13,262 nucleotides of DNA, from contig JBDQPD010000099.1 in NCBI GenBank assembly GCA_040260805.1, forward strand, positions 1 to 13,262. The letters run 5' to 3'. The stretch's first letter is position 1. The number at the start of each line of letters is the position of its first letter. The stretch is from Myxococcota bacterium. GTDB taxonomy: Bacteria; Myxococcota; UBA4151. Under the pieces are notes generated by a model. That model was not told where the DNA came from. It ran no database searches and saw only the letters and a list, made by a program, of their open reading frames with translations. Below are positions 7,565 through 13,262 of this stretch, one piece after another. A program made the position numbers and the translations under genes.

Positions 7565-8551
7565 GTGGGTCTGAAATTATGCATCACCGCTGCCTGGATC
7601 TCAGCGCTAGCCTGCGCCGACGTCGCTGTGGACGAGACAGTCCCTGACGCCTCTTTGTTGGAGATCAAAGATACAGGACAAAGAGCGCAAGATAGCGGCT
7701 CCAAGATTCCGGACTCTGGTCTTTCCGATACTCAGCTTGTCGATGCCCAAGCTCCTCACGCTCGGACTAAGAGTCACAAACGCGGAATTGCCTACAACCT
7801 GTCGTCCTCAGAAGACTTTGAAGCGCTCGAGCCAGGCGTCAGCTGGTGGTACAACTGGAGCCCCTACCCAAGCGACCAAACCCCCGCCGATGTCCGCCAA
7901 AGACTCGGCATGGATTTCATCCCGATGATGTGGAACGGCAACTACCAAAGCGAGGACATCGAGGCGATGCTGGAGGCGGCTCCGCACATCGAATATCTGC
8001 TCGTGCTCAATGAGCCCAATCTGGTCGATCAAGCGAACATGACCCCGCAAGCAGCAGCCGAGCTGTGGCCTAAATATGAGGCGATTGCGCGAAACACAGG
8101 GGTTAAAATCATCGGCCCGGCGATCACTTGGGGAACCTTTGCGGGGTACGAAGACCCTGTGGTGTGGCTCGATGCATTTTATGCCACCTATGCGGCGCAA
8201 AACGATGGCGCAGAGCCCCAAATCGATGCCCTGGCTTTTCATTGGTACGACTATGGGCTCAACGGGCAGTTGGAGCGATTAACCCGCTACGGCAAGCCGT
8301 TCTGGGTGACCGAATTCGCCAACTGGCATGGCTTATGGACAGCGCCGGATGGCGCTGAAATCGATACGGTTGAAAAGCAGATCGCGCAGATGACTGAGAT
8401 GGTCGCTGTCTGCGAGCAACGATCAGACGTTCATCGCTACGCCTGGTTTACCGGCCGCTGGGACGACGACACACGTCATACCAGCCTGCTCGCCGGACCC
8501 GGGCAACTCACCGCTCTAGGCGAGCACTACCTCTCACTACCCTTCGAGTAA
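7565..8551 (+). CDS. Glycoside hydrolase family GH128 (Glyco_hydro_cc-type) beta-1,3-glucanase, probable lipoprotein
   Basis: KRGIAY, WWYNWS, FIPMMW, LNEPN (acid/base Glu), DALAFHWY, KPFWVTEF (nucleophile Glu), RYAWF, LTALG. N-terminal hydrophobic stretch ends in ALAC and is followed by an acidic D-x-G linker. Confidence 0.88.
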   Translation: MGLKLCITAAWISALACADVAVDETVPDASLLEIKDTGQRAQDSGSKIPDSGLSDTQLVDAQAPHARTKSHKRGIAYNLSSSEDFEALEPGVSWWYNWSPYPSDQTPADVRQRLGMDFIPMMWNGNYQSEDIEAMLEAAPHIEYLLVLNEPNLVDQANMTPQAAAELWPKYEAIARNTGVKIIGPAITWGTFAGYEDPVVWLDAFYATYAAQNDGAEPQIDALAFHWYDYGLNGQLERLTRYGKPFWVTEFANWHGLWTAPDGAEIDTVEKQIAQMTEMVAVCEQRSDVHRYAWFTGRWDDDTRHTSLLAGPGQLTALGEHYLSLPFE

Positions 8552-8554
8552 CCC

Positions 8555-9631
8555 ATGAACACCCTCGCTGCTGATGAAACATGGTCGACTGAGACAGTCA
8601 TCGATACCGATGAGACCCTTTGGTCGAGTCAACAGGTCGCCGAGCTCCCGCAGGTCGATGGTTCCGGTCATCTCCTCACTCTTTCTGATAGAACGATCCT
8701 TTATTGGTCAAAGTTTCCTCACCAAACGATGACCATCTTACGCATCGACCCTCAAACCGGACAGGTGGACTACGTTCAATCCCCCCTGCCCGAACCTTCA
8801 TGGATGATCCGAGTATCAACAGATTGGATCTTAGTCGCTCAACCTGACGATCATGAGCGGAAACAAGCAGGATGCTTTGCGCTGTGGAACCCAGTTACTC
8901 AAACCACTCGAGACGTCGAGGGCAAGGCACCCAGTGCAACGACGATGACTACCGACCAAGTCGGCGATCAGATCCATCTGCTCTCCAACAATCGATTCGC
9001 CGATGTCTCATGTGGTTTTGACTACGTGATGGATCAAACGAACTATGGTATTTTCGACATCAAAACCGGGCAGTTCTCAACACCCTTTCATGGCGTCGAA
9101 GATACCGAGGCGCGCCATCTCATCGTTCAAAACAAGAGTGAGACCCTAGTCTTTGGCTATGGGCGAGCCAATTACTTCATCGATCTGATGCGGCGAGACT
9201 TCAGCCATGTTGACCGCTCAAAGCACGACTTCGAATTTCGCCTGTCTCATGGGTACGACGTCAAATGCCTAGGAGCCGATAGCCAGCGCGCTTTGCTCGT
9301 GTTTGGCAACTACGGCTACACGGACCCCAAAGAGTGCGCGCTCATGCGCTGGACGCGCGAACAAGCCTGCTTTGAGGTTATCGGTCGCTGGATTGGGATG
9401 CATTATCTGTGTTCAACGATTCTCAACGACGGCAGCTCGCTGATATTTTGCCGCCAGCGCACAACCGGCACCGTTCGTATGATCAACCATGTGCCTGGCA
9501 AACACAGCGCCTATGCGGGCCGACTTGAGGGCATCATGCCTGATGCAGTTTTTCAAAGCGCTCGCGGTGATATCTACGTCAAGAGCGCCATGAGTTTGGA
9601 TCGAATTACCGCCCCTGAATCAATACTCTGA
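8555..9631 (+). CDS. Hypothetical protein, possible degenerate Kelch-like beta-propeller
   Basis: 358-codon ORF packed 3 nt after the GH128 stop and 15 nt before the next gene. Repeated blade-like motifs: RIDPQTGQV, LWNPVTQTT, IFDIKTGQFS; TLSDRTILY, ILNDGSSLI, QSARGDIYV. The function is unknown. Confidence 0.65.
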   Translation: MNTLAADETWSTETVIDTDETLWSSQQVAELPQVDGSGHLLTLSDRTILYWSKFPHQTMTILRIDPQTGQVDYVQSPLPEPSWMIRVSTDWILVAQPDDHERKQAGCFALWNPVTQTTRDVEGKAPSATTMTTDQVGDQIHLLSNNRFADVSCGFDYVMDQTNYGIFDIKTGQFSTPFHGVEDTEARHLIVQNKSETLVFGYGRANYFIDLMRRDFSHVDRSKHDFEFRLSHGYDVKCLGADSQRALLVFGNYGYTDPKECALMRWTREQACFEVIGRWIGMHYLCSTILNDGSSLIFCRQRTTGTVRMINHVPGKHSAYAGRLEGIMPDAVFQSARGDIYVKSAMSLDRITAPESIL

Positions 9632-9646
9632 TCCGGCAGTTAAACT

Positions 9647-10354
9647 ATGGAAAATACACCAACACACCAGCGAACTATTGTCGCTATTGGCGGAGGCGGC
9701 TTTTCATCGCTCATCGATCAATACAGCCTCAGCTTTACAGGCAAATCTCAACCTAAGGTGTGCTTTTTACCGACCGCAAGCGGCGATGCCGAAGGCTATA
9801 TCGAGAACTTCTATGAGCATTTTGGAGCGTTTACACCGCATACCTCTCACCTGAGTCTGACGCGCTACAATCAACCCAATCTTCACCAACACTTGCTCGA
9901 CCAAGATCTGATCTATGTCGGCGGCGGTAACTCCTTTCAAATGCTGCTCGTGTGGCGCGCCCACGAGGTCGATAAAACCCTCAAAAGAGCTTGGGAAAAT
10001 GGCTGCGTCATGACCGGGCTCAGCGCAGGTTCGATCTGTTGGTTCCATGGTTCGATCACCGATTCATGGGGTCATCCCTACCAACGTCTAGACGACGGGC
10101 TCGGCTTATTGCCCGGGAGCCATTGCCCTCACTATGACGCCGAGCCCGACCGTCCAGCCATCTATGAAGACTTGGTCGCTCGAGGTCAATTAGCGCCTGG
10201 TGTCGCAATCGACGATCACTGCGCCGTTCGCTATCAGGGCACGGAGCTTGTGGACATTGTTTGCGCAAGCCCAGGTCACCAAGCGTACGCTATTACGCAG
10301 ACCGAGGGACAACCCAAACGGGTCGCGCTCAGTCCAAGACTCCTGACAATCTAA
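9647..10354 (+). CDS. pepE: Peptidase E (S51 family, class I glutamine amidotransferase-like Asp-dipeptidase)
   Basis: IVAIGGGGF, KVCFLPTASGD, QDLIYVGGGN, nucleophile GLSAGSICW, GLGLLPGSHCPHYD, GVAIDD. Confidence 0.92.
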   Translation: MENTPTHQRTIVAIGGGGFSSLIDQYSLSFTGKSQPKVCFLPTASGDAEGYIENFYEHFGAFTPHTSHLSLTRYNQPNLHQHLLDQDLIYVGGGNSFQMLLVWRAHEVDKTLKRAWENGCVMTGLSAGSICWFHGSITDSWGHPYQRLDDGLGLLPGSHCPHYDAEPDRPAIYEDLVARGQLAPGVAIDDHCAVRYQGTELVDIVCASPGHQAYAITQTEGQPKRVALSPRLLTI

Positions 10355-10531
10355 GCCAACAACAAAAGGCTCGATACGCCCCGCCGAGTGTGCGCTCGAA
10401 GCATCAACAAACGTCACAATTACCTGCGCTCATGAACGGGTCGTTCGGCTGGTTTTGCCGTGCCTCGCGAGTGCGCGCGTGAACCGAACGCTCCTCAAAA
10501 AGTATCTACCGGCGATTGCAGTATGGTCCAC

Positions 10532-10560
10532 TTGGCAAAGCTACAGCGAGACCTCATAAT
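10532..10560 (+). promoter_or_regulatory. Sigma70-type promoter TTGGCA-N17-CATAAT, positioned for a leaderless globin transcript
   Basis: -35 TTGGCA at 10532-10537 (5/6 match), 17-nt spacer, -10 CATAAT at 10555-10560 (5/6 match). The ATG follows after 6 nt at 10567 with no SD. Confidence 0.65.
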
Positions 10561-10566
10561 CGCCGT

Positions 10567-10920
10567 ATGAGTTTGTTTGAAAAATACGGTGGAATCACCA
10601 CAGTTCAAAACTTGGTAAGAGACTTTTACCAGGACGTGATCGTCTCGCCGACGTTGTCGCCCTATTTTAAAAACACTGATCTAGAAGTCCTCATAGGGCA
10701 TCAGGTCGATCTGTTTTGCTTTGTTATGGGTGGTCCGTGCAGCTTTGATTTGGATCGGCTTCGAACGGCGCACATGGGCTTGAAGATCAACGCAGAACTC
10801 TTCGCTGAGGCAGCGACGTTACTCCAGAACACACTTGAAGATCACCAAGTCGAAGCCGACGATATCCGACAGGTCATGGAGACGGTTGCTTCGACAGCTG
10901 TCTTGATTGTTCAACAGTGA
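10567..10920 (+). CDS. glbN: Group I truncated (2/2) hemoglobin, trHbN/GlbN-like
   Basis: MSLFEKYGG (AB Gly-Gly), DFY (PheB9-TyrB10), YF (PheCD1), LIGHQ (LeuE7/HisE10/GlnE11), MGGP (EF Gly-Gly), TAHMGLKI (proximal HisF8). ATG 10567 gives the canonical 117-aa size; the TTG at 10516 adds a non-globin extension. Confidence 0.93.
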   Translation: MSLFEKYGGITTVQNLVRDFYQDVIVSPTLSPYFKNTDLEVLIGHQVDLFCFVMGGPCSFDLDRLRTAHMGLKINAELFAEAATLLQNTLEDHQVEADDIRQVMETVASTAVLIVQQ

Positions 10921-12212
10921 CCATGCTCACAAGCCGAATGGTTGCGCTGATCGAATGTGCGTGGCCCGGAGGCGTCATCACCAGGCACAATGACGTCGCC
11001 GAGCAGCATGGGGCGGCTATCGGGCTTCCGCTAGCCGAGGTGTACCCGGAGATTAATGATCGTCGTCTCAGCCGTCTGATGGACAAGAACCGTGCCTTTT
11101 CTCAGCTACTTGAGACATCCGTTGCGAGCGGAGTCTATGAGTTGACGGCTGCATCAGTCGAACCTGGTGTTGTACGAATCGAAGTCTATCCTGCAGCCGC
11201 AGCGAGCGAGGTCCGGGCTTCGACAGACCACTACCTGATGCGCGTCGAAGCGTTGTCAAAAGAACTCAAACAGTTTCCGGAGAGTAACCCGAACCCGGTC
11301 ATACGTGCGACAGAATCAGGTGAGCTACTGTACGCAAACCCCGCAGCGAGGAGCTGCATGCCAGAGTCGCTCAATCACACCAACCAGCTGCCAGACGGAT
11401 TTATCCCCCACCTCAATAAGGAGGCGCTCCACGACTTTGAGATTGAGTGCGGCGATCGCTGGTACTCCGTTCGCCCGGTTTGGTCGAATCATCTCATCTG
11501 CTTTCTATTGTATCTGACCGACATCACCTCGGACAGAAAAAACAAACTTATTCTGAGCAATCTCGCCCGCTTCTTCTCACCCCGCGTCGCAGCTAGTATT
11601 GTATCGCATGAGGGTGAGATTAGAGTTCAAACATCGCGCAAGATGCTCACTGTTTTCTTCGCAGACCTCGTCGGGTTTTCGCAGCTTGCCGAGGACCTCT
11701 CGTTGGACGATCTCAGCGAGTTACTCTTCGGTTATCTGTCAGAGATGACGCAAATTGCGGAGCGGCATGGTGGCACAGTTGACAAGTACATCGGCGATTG
11801 CATCATGGTGTTTTTTGGTGACCCAAGCTCAGCCGGTGTCAAAGCCGACGCCGAGCGTTGTGCGTCGATGGGGCTCGATATGATTGAGTCGGTCAAGGGC
11901 ATCAACAGAACGTGGCGAACGACCCACGGTTTCGAGCCGCTCAAACTGCGAATGGGGATGCATTCGGCGACCTGTGCGGTAGGCAATTTTGGCTCCCAGA
12001 CGCGCCTCGACTACACCGCTGTGGGTAACGGGGTTAACGTTGCAGCGCGTCTCGAAGGTATCGCTGAAACGAACACGATCGTCTGCTCGGCAACGACCGC
12101 ACACCACTTAAGCGAGCACTTCGATTTAGTGCATATTGGTGATCACGAACTAAAAAATATCACCGAACCTGTCGCCGTCTTTCGTATCATGGGGCACCGT
12201 GCGCCAACCTAG
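10917..12212 (+). CDS. Soluble PAS-domain class III adenylate/guanylate cyclase, predicted ATP-specific
   Basis: PAS signature FPESNPNPVIR..ESGELLYANPAA ... YLTDIT. Cyclase motifs TVFFADLVGFS, VDKYIGDCIMVFFG, LRMGMHS, VGNFGS..RLDYTAVGNGVNVAARLEG. Both metal-binding Asp, the ATP-specifying Lys/Asp and the Asn/Arg are present. No evident TM helix. GTG start overlaps the globin stop (GTGA 10917-10920); ATG 10923 is an alternative. Confidence 0.93.
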   Translation: MTMLTSRMVALIECAWPGGVITRHNDVAEQHGAAIGLPLAEVYPEINDRRLSRLMDKNRAFSQLLETSVASGVYELTAASVEPGVVRIEVYPAAAASEVRASTDHYLMRVEALSKELKQFPESNPNPVIRATESGELLYANPAARSCMPESLNHTNQLPDGFIPHLNKEALHDFEIECGDRWYSVRPVWSNHLICFLLYLTDITSDRKNKLILSNLARFFSPRVAASIVSHEGEIRVQTSRKMLTVFFADLVGFSQLAEDLSLDDLSELLFGYLSEMTQIAERHGGTVDKYIGDCIMVFFGDPSSAGVKADAERCASMGLDMIESVKGINRTWRTTHGFEPLKLRMGMHSATCAVGNFGSQTRLDYTAVGNGVNVAARLEGIAETNTIVCSATTAHHLSEHFDLVHIGDHELKNITEPVAVFRIMGHRAPT

Positions 12213-12216
12213 AGTG

Positions 12217-12258
12217 GTCACGACGAGTTGACTCGGTTTGTCGTCGAGTCAGTGTGAC
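12217..12258 (+). other. Stem-loop immediately after the cyclase stop codon (possible transcript 3'-end structure)
   Basis: TGACTCG 12229-12235 pairs with CGAGTCA 12245-12251, with an outer GTCAC 12217-12221 / GTGAC 12254-12258 pair. There is no U-tract, so it is not a canonical intrinsic terminator. Confidence 0.35.
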
Positions 12259-12395
12259 GTAGCGCCAGGCTCGCCCTCCAGCAGACACCTTCGAGGTTGC
12301 TCGATTGGCTAGCTTACAGTGATCCACTGGCTCGTCGAGACAACTTCTGCTGCGCTGCTCGGCCGGAGAACAAAAACTGCCGGCGTGGCTGCAAC

Positions 12396-12409
12396 TTGCC
12401 TTAAGGCAA
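12396..12409. promoter_or_regulatory. Perfect 14-bp palindrome TTGCCTTAAGGCAA, candidate transcription-factor site
   Basis: Exact inverted symmetry, intergenic, ending 45 nt upstream of the ATG at 12455. Confidence 0.4.
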
Positions 12410-12454
12410 TGTAAACGGTGCATAGAGTTCACATCTAACCGACGGAGATGATCG

Positions 12455-12793
12455 ATGTCGATCTACGAAAAATGGCATGAGGGCACGTTATTGCGTGACG
12501 CTGAGGCGTTGATCGCCTGCTTACACGATGAATTTAAGTTTGTGCGTCACCAAACCGGCACCACCATGAACAAATCAGAAATGGCGGCGATGTTGCGCAG
12601 CTTCATGAGCGACACTGCAGTCGTCGTACAAAGCCAAAGCTGTCTCTATGAAAACCATGAGGTCATGATCGAGCATACCGTGATGGACTTTGCGGACGGC
12701 TCGCGAGAATCCGTAATCGTCTTTAATCGACTCAGCGAGGGTTTGATTATCCATACGGAGACCGGCGCCACAGTGGTTCAGCGATCATCCTGA
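12455..12793 (+). CDS. Nuclear transport factor 2 / SnoaL-like small protein
   Basis: 112 aa with the NTF2-like pattern: helix, RDAEALIACLHDEFKFV, G..MNKSE, then beta strands ending EGLIIHTETGAT. SD GGAG at 12444-12447. Confidence 0.78.
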   Translation: MSIYEKWHEGTLLRDAEALIACLHDEFKFVRHQTGTTMNKSEMAAMLRSFMSDTAVVVQSQSCLYENHEVMIEHTVMDFADGSRESVIVFNRLSEGLIIHTETGATVVQRSS

Positions 12794-12825
12794 CGCTCAC
12801 GCGATCAAGCCAACAGACCCCCCTT

Positions 12826-13262
12826 ATGACTGAGTTACAACCAGCACCTAAACTGCATGATCAGCTACCTCGGCACCTTGCGGAGCGGACGCGTGTACTC
12901 TCGAACCACAACCCATCAGGTGCGTTCGTTCTCTATTGGCTGCGCACAGCTCAGCGAGCCCACGACAATCCGGCGCTTGATACTGCGCTGGCAGCTGCTG
13001 ATCTCCTCGGATTGCCTGTGTTCGTCTATCACGCGCTGAGCGAACGCTACCCCCACGCATCCGACCGTCACCACACCTTCATCCTCGAGGGTGCGCGCGA
13101 CGTTCAAGTTGAGCTTAAGGACCGCGGCATCGGCACCGCCTTTCACCTCGAGCGCCCGGGGCATCGCGGCGCGCACTTGATCACGCTCGCTCAGCGCGCT
13201 GCCCTCGTCGTGACCGAAGACCTCCCGGTGCCACCCTTGGTCCAATGGACCCGCCGATTGCA
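12826..13262 (+). CDS. Class II DNA photolyase-like protein, N-terminal domain, 3'-truncated by the window edge
   Basis: Not in the ORF track because there is no stop in the window. Manual translation from ATG 12826: MTELQPAPKLHDQLPRHLAERTRVLSNHNPSGAFVLYWLRTAQRAHDNPALDTALAAADLLGLPVFVYHALSERYPHASDRHHTFILEGARDVQVELKDRGIGTAFHLERPGHRGAHLITLAQRAALVVTEDLPVPPLVQWTRRL. VLYW..TAQR..DNPAL, RH..FILEG and A.LVVTED match the class II photolyase N-terminal domain. Confidence 0.87.
   Translation, partial: MTELQPAPKLHDQLPRHLAERTRVLSNHNPSGAFVLYWLRTAQRAHDNPALDTALAAADLLGLPVFVYHALSERYPHASDRHHTFILEGARDVQVELKDRGIGTAFHLERPGHRGAHLITLAQRAALVVTEDLPVPPLVQWTRRL

Noticed and set aside
7545..7574. Short ORF MNRRRTLWV* overlapping the GH128 start, resembling a frameshifted signal n-region
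   Set aside because: No SD, and GTG 7565 already yields a plausible lipoprotein signal. A frameshift cannot be supported without reads or homologs.
10442..10490. Inverted repeat CGTTCGG / CCGAACG upstream of the globin promoter
   Set aside because: Only 7 bp with a 35-nt loop and no U-tract; not supportable as a terminator or riboswitch.
10516..10566. TTG-initiated N-terminal extension of the globin
   Set aside because: It covers the predicted promoter and is not globin-like; the domain begins at ATG 10567.
5029..11459. Three GCGATCGC (HIP1-like) octamers at about 5029, 5043 and 11452
   Set aside because: All lie in coding sequence, two within the conserved SDRITAIA peptide; too few for HIP1-type enrichment.
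2231..12815. Recurring AAGCC(C)AAC-like word in intergenic regions (about 2231, 3979, 10352, 12805)
   Set aside because: Short and imperfect, and similar words also occur inside genes (for example near 4939), so it cannot be told from chance.
12848..13245. ORFs 12848-13060 (-), 12857-13039 (+) and 12916-13245 (-)
   Set aside because: Alternative-frame shadows of the photolyase-like CDS starting at 12826.
1..13262. CRISPR arrays, IS elements, integrases, tRNA/rRNA, prophage or defence genes
   Set aside because: No spaced direct repeats, transposase or recombinase motifs, or RNA gene signatures were seen by eye.

Overview
Gene-dense bacterial chromosomal window of moderately high GC; all genes are on the + strand except one. 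The lipoprotein style (lipobox plus D-x-G linkers, Cys-rich modules) suggests a Myxococcota-like organism, but this is inference only. Gene order: 5'-truncated acnB; nitronate monooxygenase-family flavoprotein; atypical NAD(P)-binding SDR; Cys-rich lipoprotein; LpqC/PHB-depolymerase-family esterase lipoprotein; convergent retinol-DH/WWOX-like SDR (- strand); class I SAM methyltransferase; GH128 beta-1,3-glucanase lipoprotein; orphan Kelch-like protein; peptidase E; group I truncated hemoglobin overlapping (GTGA) a soluble PAS-class III adenylate cyclase; NTF2/SnoaL-like protein; and a 3'-truncated class II photolyase-like gene missing from the supplied ORF track. The most interesting element is the globin-cyclase pair, which has a near-consensus sigma70 promoter placed for a leaderless transcript and may be a split heme gas/redox-sensing cAMP system. 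No rRNA, tRNA, CRISPR array or mobile element was recognised.
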